From Candidatus Woesebacteria bacterium (GTDB lineage Bacteria > Patescibacteriota > Microgenomatia > UBA1400 > UBA1396): a stretch of 64,000 nucleotides of DNA. The stretch lies in contig JAJOJK010000001.1 of the NCBI GenBank assembly GCA_021208605.1, positions 5,257-69,256 on the forward strand, read 5' to 3'. Position numbers and translations under genes: made by a program. How positions within the stretch are numbered: position 1 is the first letter of the stretch; each line of letters starts with the position of its first letter. The notes under the pieces are model-generated. The model did not search any database, was not told the origin of the DNA, and saw only the letters and a program-made list of their open reading frames with translations. Positions 18,281 through 27,273 of this stretch are shown one piece after another.

Positions 18281-19156
18281 TTAGACAGCAACGGGAATAT
18301 CCCAAATTCCGGGATGTGGATTGTAGTTTTCAAGTTCAAAATCGCTGGCTTCATAGGCAAAGAGATCTTTGCGAGGGTTGACCAGTTTCATTTGCGGGAG
18401 CGGACGGTCTTCTCTCTTCAGGAGTTCTTGGACCTTCTCCATCTGGTCAACGTAAATATGCGCGTCAGAAAAACTGTGGACATACTCACCAACTTCGTAG
18501 CCAGTGACTTCAGCCAGCATCATGGTAAGTGCGGCGTACTGCGCTAGGTTGGCCGGCAAGCCGATGGCCACATCACAGCTGCGTTGGAACATGTTGAGGT
18601 GCAGTTTGTTGTTGAGAATACGAATATTGATCCAGCCATGACACGGACACACCACGACTTTTTGCGTGCGACCGGTGACACGAATGGTGTATTGCGGAAT
18701 CCAGGGTGTAATAAAGTGGGTTTTGAGGAATGGTTTTTCTTTGATCTGTTGGATGATATTTTCGAATTGATTAAAGGTCTCGCCTTCGGCAGTGGGGAAA
18801 TCATGAAATGCGGCGCCGTAGCTGCCGGGTCCAAGATCGCCGGTTTCCAGGCCGCGTTTTTTACACTTCTCTTCGCTGACCCAAGAGCTCCACCAGCGGC
18901 AACCGTAGCTTTCCAGCTCCTCTTGTGTGCGCGCCCCATTGATAAAACCCATGATTTCACCAATGGCTTGGTGCCACATCTTAGTGCTGATTTTGCGTTC
19001 GGTAATGAGGGGGAATTCTTTCTGCAGATCAAAACGCAGGCTGTTTGGAGCGAGACGAGTGATGGTGTCGACCTCCATTTGCGACTCACTGCGAATGCCG
19101 TGGTCAATGATGTCTTGAAGGAGTTGTTTGTATTGGGAATCGGGAGTGCCTGCCAT
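18281..19156 (-). CDS. thyA: Thymidylate synthase
   Basis: 'FPLITER', 'GDLGPGSYG', 'PCH', 'QRSCD..GLPAN', 'DAHIY'. Confidence 0.93.
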   Translation of the reverse strand: MAGTPDSQYKQLLQDIIDHGIRSESQMEVDTITRLAPNSLRFDLQKEFPLITERKISTKMWHQAIGEIMGFINGARTQEELESYGCRWWSSWVSEEKCKKRGLETGDLGPGSYGAAFHDFPTAEGETFNQFENIIQQIKEKPFLKTHFITPWIPQYTIRVTGRTQKVVVCPCHGWINIRILNNKLHLNMFQRSCDVAIGLPANLAQYAALTMMLAEVTGYEVGEYVHSFSDAHIYVDQMEKVQELLKREDRPLPQMKLVNPRKDLFAYEASDFELENYNPHPGIWDIPVAV

Positions 19157-19260
19157 ACGGATCACTATACGATATTGCCTGGCACTCGACAAGTTGTTGC
19201 TGAGTTGTCTCTGAATTGACTTTCCGTCCTGTCTCGAGGAGAATGAGGAAAGAAAAAAGC

Positions 19261-20700
19261 ATGCTATTTAATTCGTTTCACTTTTACGTTTTTATTGTGT
19301 TGGTGCTCGGACTCTACTGGAGCATTCCCAAAAAGTGGCAATGGGTTTTGTTACTGGCGAGTAGTTACTTTTTTTATATGTCCTGGGAACCGCGTTATGC
19401 GGTCTTGATCTTTTTGACCACTTTGGTGAGCTATCTTTGTGCGCTCGCTATTGATCGCTATCGCCAGCAGCGGACGCTGTTTTTAGCGCTTGGTGCCGCG
19501 GTGAATCTCGGAGTATTGTTTGTGTTTAAGTACTTTAACTTTTTCTTTAACTCCTTGCAGAATTTTACGCAGTATTTCGAGATTGGCATGCCGGTGCCGA
19601 CGCTGTCGCTTTTGCTGCCGGTGGGGATTTCGTTTTATACGTTCCAGACGGTGAGTTATGTGGTGGATGTGTATCGCGGCACACAAAAGCCCGAAAAGCA
19701 TTTTGGCTACTTTGCCCTGTTTGTGTCGTTTTTCCCACAGTTGGTGGCTGGTCCCATTGAACGTGCCGAAAATTTGTTGCCGCAGCTCAAGGCGCCGCAC
19801 TGGTTTGATCGTGAACAGGTGGTGAGTGGCATCAAACTGTTTGCTTTGGGGCTCTTTAAGAAAGTGGTCATCGCCGATAACCTGGCTGTGGTGGTCGATA
19901 CCGTCTTCACTTCTCTGCCGGAGTATAAAGGCCTCAGTTTGATATTGGCGATTCTTCTCTTCTCATGGCAGATTTACTGTGATTTCTCAGGCTATACCGA
20001 TATGGCGCGCGGTGTGGCGCGGATTTTGGGTGTGAACTTGGTCGAAAACTTCAACCACCCGTACACTGCCACTTCGATTACCGACTTCTGGCGGCGCTGG
20101 CACATGTCGCTCTCGCGCTGGTTCCGCGATTATTTGTATATTCCGCTCGGTGGAAATCGCCAAGGTTTGTCTCGCACGGCGCTGAATCTGTTTATTGTGT
20201 TTGCTTTGTGTGGACTGTGGCACGGCGCAGCATGGACATTTGTGCTGTGGGGTGCGCTGCACGGAGTAGTAATGGCGATAGAGCGCATCGGCATGCACGT
20301 GTGGTCACGGAAGTTCCAGATTCCGGCAGTGGTGAGTATGGCGTATACCTATGGCGTGGTGTTGGCTTCGTGGGTGCTCTTTCGGGCGCAAAACTTGGCC
20401 GACGCGGCATACATCTATCGCTATGCACTCAGCGGTGCCAAGAATTTCTGGCGTCCTGATTACATTTGGGCAACTCTCAACCAAGTTTTTGGCACGAACC
20501 AACTCGAGATGGCTATTGTTTTAGCATGTTTGGCTATGATCAGCGCCTGGGAGTTCGGTGCGCTCGATTTTGGCATACGCCGTTGGCCAAGAGTTTGGGG
20601 ACAGCCAGTTGTGCGGTGGACTTTCTATTCTGTCGCGGTCGTACTCATTTTTCTTTTGGGACAAACAGAAATACAGGAGTTTATTTACTTCCAGTTTTAA
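19261..20700 (+). CDS. MBOAT O-acyltransferase (AlgI/DltB/PatA-like)
   Basis: 'LPVGISFYTFQ', 'FFPQLVAGPIER', 'DFSGYTD', 'FWRRWHMSLS', 'GLWHGA'. Confidence 0.95.
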   Translation: MLFNSFHFYVFIVLVLGLYWSIPKKWQWVLLLASSYFFYMSWEPRYAVLIFLTTLVSYLCALAIDRYRQQRTLFLALGAAVNLGVLFVFKYFNFFFNSLQNFTQYFEIGMPVPTLSLLLPVGISFYTFQTVSYVVDVYRGTQKPEKHFGYFALFVSFFPQLVAGPIERAENLLPQLKAPHWFDREQVVSGIKLFALGLFKKVVIADNLAVVVDTVFTSLPEYKGLSLILAILLFSWQIYCDFSGYTDMARGVARILGVNLVENFNHPYTATSITDFWRRWHMSLSRWFRDYLYIPLGGNRQGLSRTALNLFIVFALCGLWHGAAWTFVLWGALHGVVMAIERIGMHVWSRKFQIPAVVSMAYTYGVVLASWVLFRAQNLADAAYIYRYALSGAKNFWRPDYIWATLNQVFGTNQLEMAIVLACLAMISAWEFGALDFGIRRWPRVWGQPVVRWTFYSVAVVLIFLLGQTEIQEFIYFQF

Positions 20701-20703
20701 AGT

Positions 20704-21774
20704 ATGAAATACGTTATTGCCCGACTCTTACTCTTATTTGTTATTGTGGTGAGTTCACTACTTCTCGTGGATACGCTGTATCGTCAGCAATATAATCTGG
20801 AGTATCCCAGCATGGGACCACTCTGGAAGCATCCACCGATTGTTGAACCGTACGAAATTGTCAAAGTGGGCAACTCCCATGCAGACGACGGGATTACCTT
20901 TGAGTTTTATAACTTGCGTGGACTCGAGTTGGCTGGTGTAGCCCAGCGCTTCCGGTTTGACCGCGTGCTTTTGCAACAGTACGAAAACCAAATTGCCGAT
21001 GATGCCATTATCTTGATCGATGTGTCACACATTTCATTCTCTCACCGCAAAGCCGATCAAAGCGATGGCATGCAGGGGAATTACTACGGCCGAGTGAGTC
21101 CTTTTTTGATTCCGGATCTCAAAGTGAGTGACTATTTGCAAACCACCGTGGCGCCATTTATTCGTTCTGGATACGCCTGGCGAAAAGCGTATTCCGACGA
21201 AGTGCGCGAACGCATCGCTGCCGAAGAAAAGTGGATTGACCCGCTCGAAGCCACGGCTTCGTCCGAGCCAAAAGAAATTCCCTTCAAAGAAACCAAAGAG
21301 TACTTCACATACGTGGACTCCATTGAGTACGAACTCGCCCACCCGCGCAAAATTCCGCGCGCCAGCTACGTGGACAACATGAATTTTATTTTCAACAAGT
21401 GGTATCACACCGAGGAGTTTGACCCGCAGTACTTTGCGTACAACCGCCGCGAGCTGGAAAAGTTGATAGCATACTGTTTGCGCCAAAACTGGCGACCGGT
21501 GCTCATTACTATTCCGGTAACTTCGATTTTGGAAGAAGGTTTACTCGATGACTACAAACAGATCTATCTCTACGACAACCTGGCCCAAACCGATACGCAA
21601 GGCGTGGAGTATATCGACTTCACCACGCGCACCGATTTCACTGACAACATGACCTTCTTCAGCAACGCCGACCACCTCAATGAACGCGGACGGATTGTGT
21701 TTAGCTACCTGCTGTTGCAGGAGTTGGTGGAGCGTGGGTATGTGGGTCCGGAGGTTGATGGATATCGCCAGTGA
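20704..21774 (+). CDS. SGNH-like acyltransferase partner (DltD/AlgJ/PatB-like)
   Basis: N-terminal TM, 'VGNSH' block I and 'DHLN' block V; directly after the MBOAT gene. Confidence 0.75.
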   Translation: MKYVIARLLLLFVIVVSSLLLVDTLYRQQYNLEYPSMGPLWKHPPIVEPYEIVKVGNSHADDGITFEFYNLRGLELAGVAQRFRFDRVLLQQYENQIADDAIILIDVSHISFSHRKADQSDGMQGNYYGRVSPFLIPDLKVSDYLQTTVAPFIRSGYAWRKAYSDEVRERIAAEEKWIDPLEATASSEPKEIPFKETKEYFTYVDSIEYELAHPRKIPRASYVDNMNFIFNKWYHTEEFDPQYFAYNRRELEKLIAYCLRQNWRPVLITIPVTSILEEGLLDDYKQIYLYDNLAQTDTQGVEYIDFTTRTDFTDNMTFFSNADHLNERGRIVFSYLLLQELVERGYVGPEVDGYRQ

Positions 21775-21815
21775 AGATACTATGTTATAGTGATGCAAAT
21801 GAAAAAAGGAGAGCA

Positions 21816-22358
21816 ATGGCATTGTTAGATAGTAAACATTACGATCAAGAGATGGCCAGGTTTACGGATACAGTGATCTCTAAAATCCCCGAAGAACACT
21901 GGGATGAAGAAGAATACCAAACACTTGTACAGAGCCTTCAATCTGGAAACACTGAAATAACTGGTAATCCTGATGGAATGTTACAAATACTGCAAAAGCG
22001 CCAGGAAACTAGCCAAAATATACAAAACATTCTTAAAGTCAAAGAAAAAGAAAAAGAGGCACTTCAGCGTTTACAGCTGGATATAGCAGCCGTAAATAAC
22101 TTCCTCTTTGACTTGATGACTTGTAAATCAAAGAGTGAATTTGATGAGAAATACCCAGCGGGAAGTGAAAATATGGCAGAGCTGGCGGCTCGTATGCAAG
22201 GTGCACGTGATTTTATTAACACACTTATTTCCAATGATATATTTCCAGAAATGGATTTAGGTGATCCTCAGGTGCAAATTCGACAGGTTTTAGCTAACAG
22301 CACTGCTTTGAGTCCATATAAAGATATCATTGAATCACAGATTTTTAATAATACATAA
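21816..22358 (+). CDS. Hypothetical helical protein (AT-rich)
   Basis: AAGGAG RBS; own -10-like site upstream; no motif. Confidence 0.55.
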   Translation: MALLDSKHYDQEMARFTDTVISKIPEEHWDEEEYQTLVQSLQSGNTEITGNPDGMLQILQKRQETSQNIQNILKVKEKEKEALQRLQLDIAAVNNFLFDLMTCKSKSEFDEKYPAGSENMAELAARMQGARDFINTLISNDIFPEMDLGDPQVQIRQVLANSTALSPYKDIIESQIFNNT

Positions 22359-22384
22359 ATCGCTATTTAATTTAGTAATTTAAT

Positions 22385-22415
22385 AAAAAGAGGCTCATGG
22401 TATGAGCCTCTTTTT
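22385..22415. terminator. Bidirectional intrinsic terminator
   Basis: AAAAAGAGGCTCAT-GGT-ATGAGCCTCTTTTT between convergent genes. Confidence 0.8.
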
Positions 22416-22436
22416 CATGTTCATGCATTTTTTTAC

Positions 22437-24248
22437 TTACTCGCCCTCACCCTGAGCCAGCTTACTCAAATGTCGCTTGCGCAAGCGCAAGTTCAAAGGC
22501 GTGACTTCCAGCAACTCGTCGGACTGAATAAAGTCGAGACACTGCTCGAGTGTCATGCGGCGTGGGGCCTTTAAGGTGGTCAGAATATCGGCGTTAGCGC
22601 TGCGGTGGTTGGTGAGGTTTTTAGCCTTGGTGGCGTTCATGTCGATGTCTTCTTGGCGGCGGTTCATGCCGATAATCATGCCTTCGTAGACGGCTTCACC
22701 AGGGCCAATGAAGGTTTCGCCGCGCTTCTCGATGGACTCGAGGGCGTAGCCGGTTGATTGGCCAGATTCGGTGGCAATGATGGCGCCGTTGCGGAACTGT
22801 TCGAGCGCTGGGGTGAGTGGGCGGTACTCCAAGAATTGCGAGTTAATGATGGCGGTACCGCGGGTGCGGGTGAGAAGCTCACTGCGCAGGCCGAGCAAGT
22901 TTTTACTCGCCACGTGGAAAGTCAAACGGGTCAACCCTGGGCGAGGTTGGGCGGTGTTGACCATGTCGGCGCGGCGACGGCCCATTTCTTCGACCACGGC
23001 TCCCATGTGCTCGGACTCGACTTCGATCGAGACTTCTTCGGCTGGCTCCATGGTGACACCGTCTTTTTCCAGCGTAATGACTTGCGGTTGGCCAACTTCG
23101 AGCTCGTAGCCTTCGCGGCGCAGGTTTTCGATCAGCACCGACAGATGCAACTCACCGCGACCGGCGACTAACCAGCCGTGACCGTCTGGATTCGTCTCGA
23201 TACGCAGACCAATGTTGGTTTGCTTTTCTTGTTCCAAGCGAGCTTCCAGCTGACGGGCGGTGTAGTACTCTCCTTCTTTAGCGGAGATTGGCGAGGTGTT
23301 CGGACCAATGTAGATCTTCATGGTTGGTTCACTGAGGCTAATGATGGGGTATCCAGTCGGATCCTGTGGATCGGCCAAAGTGTGCCCAATCTTGACAGGA
23401 TCAATACCCGTGAGGGCGACGATATCACCTGGCTGGGCTTCTTGCACCTCAACGCGCTCTAAACCTTGACTGGTAAAGACTTGTTGCACAGAGTGTTTGG
23501 AAATGACCTCGTTTTCGGCCAGTTGGACGAGCTGTTTGCCTGGTTTAACGGTTCCCTGAGTGACTTTACCAATGCTGTAGGTGCCTTTGTAGGAGTCAAA
23601 GTCGAGCGTGGAAACCAGCATTTTGAATGGCTTGTCGGATTCGACCTGCGGGGCGGGAATGTACTCAACAATCTTCTGGAACAATGGTTCTAAACTGCCC
23701 TCGGCGTTGAAGTCGCTGGGGAGTTCGTTCCAGACTTTTCCGTCGCGGGCGACGGCGTATAAAACTGGGAAGGCTAAGTCGCCTTCGTTTTCGGCCAGCT
23801 CGAGGAAGAGTTCTTCGGTTTCGTTGAGCACCTCTTCTGGGCGAGCGTCGCCACGGTCAATTTTGTTCAGGACCACGATAATGGAAAGTTTTTGCTTGAG
23901 CGCCTGGCGCAGCACAAACTTGGTTTGTGGCAGTGGACCTTCAGCGGCGTCCACAATCAATAAAGCGCCATCTGCCATGCTGATAACGCGTTCTACTTCA
24001 CCGCTAAAGTCAGCGTGTCCAGGTGTGTCGATAATGTTGATCTTGGTGTCACCGTACTGCACGGCAGTGTTTTTGGCCAAAATGGTGATACCGCGTTCGC
24101 GTTCGAGTTCGTTGCGGTCCAAGATAGTGGTCTGCTCCATTTCCGCTTGGTTGTCGCGGAAGGTATGGGTCTGTTTGAGCATGCCGTCCACAAGAGTTGT
24201 TTTACCGTGGTCGACGTGCGCGATAATAGCAATATTACGAATGTCCAT
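22437..24248 (-). CDS. typA: Translational GTPase TypA/BipA
   Basis: 'IRNIAIIAHVDHGKTTLVD', 'ERGITILAKNT', 'GRGELHL', 'EVTP..LRLRK'. Confidence 0.97.
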   Translation of the reverse strand: MDIRNIAIIAHVDHGKTTLVDGMLKQTHTFRDNQAEMEQTTILDRNELERERGITILAKNTAVQYGDTKINIIDTPGHADFSGEVERVISMADGALLIVDAAEGPLPQTKFVLRQALKQKLSIIVVLNKIDRGDARPEEVLNETEELFLELAENEGDLAFPVLYAVARDGKVWNELPSDFNAEGSLEPLFQKIVEYIPAPQVESDKPFKMLVSTLDFDSYKGTYSIGKVTQGTVKPGKQLVQLAENEVISKHSVQQVFTSQGLERVEVQEAQPGDIVALTGIDPVKIGHTLADPQDPTGYPIISLSEPTMKIYIGPNTSPISAKEGEYYTARQLEARLEQEKQTNIGLRIETNPDGHGWLVAGRGELHLSVLIENLRREGYELEVGQPQVITLEKDGVTMEPAEEVSIEVESEHMGAVVEEMGRRRADMVNTAQPRPGLTRLTFHVASKNLLGLRSELLTRTRGTAIINSQFLEYRPLTPALEQFRNGAIIATESGQSTGYALESIEKRGETFIGPGEAVYEGMIIGMNRRQEDIDMNATKAKNLTNHRSANADILTTLKAPRRMTLEQCLDFIQSDELLEVTPLNLRLRKRHLSKLAQGEGE

Positions 24249-24407
24249 AGAAATCCTTATTTTTCTCTTTCCTCGCCAGAGTACCAGCGAGGCAGAGGCG
24301 AACAACCAATTATACCCTAAGACTGAGAATAAAACGAACGAGATACCAACTGTTGGTTGAGAGTGCTGAGCGAGGAGCCCTTAGAGCAGCTGAGTAATGA
24401 GGTGCAC

Positions 24408-24799
24408 TTATGAATCAGCTAGTTCTTGCCATTTTTGTCTATTGGTTTCATACATCTCAATATGATCAGCAAGACCTTTATTATATTGTTTTACTTTTTT
24501 AGCTAAGGGGATGAAAGCATCAGCGGCTTTTAGGTATTTTTTGTATTTTCGCTTTTTTTCTGAGTAGCAGATTCTGGACTTCTTTCACCGTATTTTTCAA
24601 TGTAATCATTAGCTACTTCAATTGCTGCTAATGTATTTCCTAAATCCTGCCAAAATGAATGTGCTATAGCTTCCAAAAGTTTAGCATTTCCGTTTTCAGA
24701 CTCTATTACCGCCTCTAAGCTAGTAATTGAATTTTCTACTGATGCCACGACATCCCTAATAGGCTTAAAATGTGAATCCTGTAAAAATCCCTCAGACAT
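24408..24799 (-). CDS. Hypothetical AT-rich protein, frameshifted at the homopolymer 24553-24559
   Basis: 'MSEGFLQ...SATQK' continues as 'KRKYKKYLKAADAF...WQELADS*' if one A is removed. Confidence 0.5.
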
Positions 24800-24843
24800 A
24801 GTGCCTTTCTTTTCTAATCCACAGTATAGTGCATTACAAGATA

Positions 24844-25872
24844 TTAATACAGATAGTTCCAAATATTTTCCTGATGCCCCTCATACGTCTCGGCATAGTA
24901 CATTTTTCCGTCTGGTGCGTGCAGGTAGTAGAGTTCGTCTGACTCTAGCGGATTAGCGACGGCGGCAAGCGCATTCCGGCCTGGATTTGATATTGGTCCG
25001 GGCGGCAAGCCAGGATTTTGGTAGGTGTTGTAGGGAGAATCGATCTGCTTATCAGCCGCTAGCGGAGGCGCCCACCAGGTTTTGGCTTGGGGGTTGTAGC
25101 CTTTGGCGTACTGCAGCGTGGCGTCAACTTGCAGAGCCATGCCAATTTCCAGCCGATTCAAAAGAATGCCGGCTACGTGGCGCATTTGCTCCGGATCGCG
25201 GGCTTCTCTTTCCACGATGGAGGCAAGAATAACTGCCTCTTCATCGCTGAGGCCCGTATTGGCCGCGACCTGGTTGCGCAAATCCAAAGTAAAGACTTCA
25301 CCGTACTGCTCGCGCATGAGTTGGCACATCTGGGCGGTAGTGTATTCCGAAGGTACTAAATAGGTTTCGGGGAATAAAAAGCCTTCGTAAGCCAGACATT
25401 CAGTGGTGAAGCTGGGATTATTGGTGGAGAAATTGGGCAGTTCTTGTTCTAGATAGGCTCCAATTTCCGCGGCGCGGAGGCCTTCCTTGATCGTCACCCA
25501 CTGGTCATCGGAACCTTGTGTGAGGGTTTCGGCAATCTCTGCGGGCGTCATGCTGGGCGAAAGTGTGAATGATCCCGCCTGGATTTGGCCTGCTAAGTTG
25601 TTTTGCCAGATGGCAATTTTGAGAGCGAGCGGAGACTTGAGCAGGTTTCTCTCGGTCAGATCAGCCGCAACGAGGGAGGTGGCCCGTCCGCGCGGAATCA
25701 CAAAAGAGACAGTGCTTTCATTGCTGGGATCGACTGGTTGCAGTAACTGCATCAGATAGATCGCCATGGCGATAGCCCCAGCGCCGCCAATAACTGTGGC
25801 TGCGAGCAATCCACGCAGCATCCATTGGAGCGGTGTTGTTTTTTTCTTTTGGGGTATAAACGGTAGGCGCAT
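24844..25872 (-). CDS. mltG: Endolytic transglycosylase MltG (YceG)
   Basis: 'EGFLFPETY', 'LASIVEREA', 'LQVDAT', 'SPYNTY..PGLPPGPISNPG'. Confidence 0.96.
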   Translation of the reverse strand: MRLPFIPQKKKTTPLQWMLRGLLAATVIGGAGAIAMAIYLMQLLQPVDPSNESTVSFVIPRGRATSLVAADLTERNLLKSPLALKIAIWQNNLAGQIQAGSFTLSPSMTPAEIAETLTQGSDDQWVTIKEGLRAAEIGAYLEQELPNFSTNNPSFTTECLAYEGFLFPETYLVPSEYTTAQMCQLMREQYGEVFTLDLRNQVAANTGLSDEEAVILASIVEREARDPEQMRHVAGILLNRLEIGMALQVDATLQYAKGYNPQAKTWWAPPLAADKQIDSPYNTYQNPGLPPGPISNPGRNALAAVANPLESDELYYLHAPDGKMYYAETYEGHQENIWNYLY

Positions 25873-26264
25873 TACCACTCCTCGTCCAGGTATCTTTGTA
25901 GAATGACTGCCGCAGCATAGTGATCGATCGGACCACGGTGTTGGCGTTTTCCGATGCGGGTGCTGCGGAGTTTGGTGTCAACTTCTTTACTGGAAAGCGT
26001 TTCGTCCATCATGGCCAAAGGCAAACCTAGGGTTTCGGCAAGTTCCTGTGCAAACTGGCGGCTCTTCTCTGCCATCTCGTTTTCGCTCTGACCGACGACT
26101 AAGTGAGTGATTTTATATTCTAACGATATTTCCCGCAGTCGATCCCAGTGCGTGCCATCATTGGGCAAAACAATAAGTGGTTCGGCGAGCGTACCGTAAG
26201 AAACCGCCACGCCAATGCGGGCGTCACCATAATCAATACCGAGAAAGCGGGTGTCTGTGGACAT
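25872..26264 (-). CDS. ruvX: RuvX/YqgF nuclease
   Basis: 'LGIDYGDARIGVAVS', 'DETLSS', 'IDHYAAAVILQRYL'. Confidence 0.92.
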   Translation of the reverse strand: MSTDTRFLGIDYGDARIGVAVSYGTLAEPLIVLPNDGTHWDRLREISLEYKITHLVVGQSENEMAEKSRQFAQELAETLGLPLAMMDETLSSKEVDTKLRSTRIGKRQHRGPIDHYAAAVILQRYLDEEW

Positions 26265-26274
26265 GAGGCCTATT

Positions 26275-27273
26275 TTAGTTGATTTCTTCCAGTTGAGCGA
26301 GCACCACACCCCGGCGGAGATAGGTGCCTTCTGGTACACACGTGACTAACTTGAGCTGTTTGGCAGAGAATTCTTGTTCAAGAATGTAGGTATCTTCAGG
26401 TTTGACTTCAACTTTTTTCTTGACTGAATAGGTGTACCGAATGCCGTCGTACGTAATGTAAATTTTTTCTCCCTCAGACATGGTCATGATTTTGCTGAAG
26501 ATGGACATGTAGCGCCGGGGATTTTTTTCGCTGGGATTGTAGAACTGTCGCAACACGGAGTGGCCAAAAATAACCGGTGCGCCGAGTTCTCCTGGATCAG
26601 CCGTGCCTGGATACTGAATGAGATTATTGTCGAGGTTCGTGCCGCCGATCTTGACTTCGGCATTGTGGATGTCGAGAGAGGGAATTTCCACAATATAGGT
26701 CTTCTCTTCGGCTGCTTGCTTTTCTAAGGACGCTCCAGCCACTTCTGTTTCCGGGAACCAGTTGGAGAGATTCGTGTAATCAAGATTGTCACGAATAACT
26801 TTTGGATTGATTTCTGGCTCTGTGGCGGCTTGGGCGGTAGGGATGGTTTGTGTTTGCCGGAGAATCGGAACATCTGGCAAAGGAGAAACGAGTTTTTCCA
26901 CTCGTAGGTCTGGAGATACGAAGACGAAGTACGACAAAATTGGCCACGCGGCATTCGCAATTATGACGCTTCCAAGCGTGACAAAGATGGCGGGCATGAG
27001 GCGAAACAAGCGCTGTCCAGCAGTCTCTTTTTGCATCTTCCAGTGCTGACGCCGAGCAAAGTTAACGAGATTGCGTTTGTGGTAGCGCTGCAAGCGTTGG
27101 CGAAAGGCGTGTTCGCGCTGAGTAAGGGTCTCAATGTGAATGTGAACGCGAAACATGAGGTTGTCAGCATCGGTGGAGATTTCGGTGGTGATACTTTCCG
27201 AAGCATCATCGAGCCATTCCCAGAAACGCTGGAAGCGATGTTTCAGCCAGTCGAGTGGGTTGGCGTGGTTCAT
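26275..27273 (-). CDS. Sortase with long N-terminal extension
   Basis: TM anchor; catalytic His 'IFGHS', 'LKLVTC', Arg 'LRRGVV'. Confidence 0.88.
   Translation of the reverse strand: MNHANPLDWLKHRFQRFWEWLDDASESITTEISTDADNLMFRVHIHIETLTQREHAFRQRLQRYHKRNLVNFARRQHWKMQKETAGQRLFRLMPAIFVTLGSVIIANAAWPILSYFVFVSPDLRVEKLVSPLPDVPILRQTQTIPTAQAATEPEINPKVIRDNLDYTNLSNWFPETEVAGASLEKQAAEEKTYIVEIPSLDIHNAEVKIGGTNLDNNLIQYPGTADPGELGAPVIFGHSVLRQFYNPSEKNPRRYMSIFSKIMTMSEGEKIYITYDGIRYTYSVKKKVEVKPEDTYILEQEFSAKQLKLVTCVPEGTYLRRGVVLAQLEEIN

Noticed and set aside
18281-19156. thyA as a phage-type dCMP hydroxymethylase for DNA hypermodification
   Set aside because: It keeps the dUMP-specific Asn, sits with DHFR and dCMP deaminase, and has no phage context
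23608-24360. Long antisense ORFs (e.g. 23608-24360, 13330-14022, 18584-19219, 28708-29454)
   Set aside because: Shadow frames of well-supported genes (typA, ssb/rpsF, thyA, baseplate-like gene) with no motifs of their own
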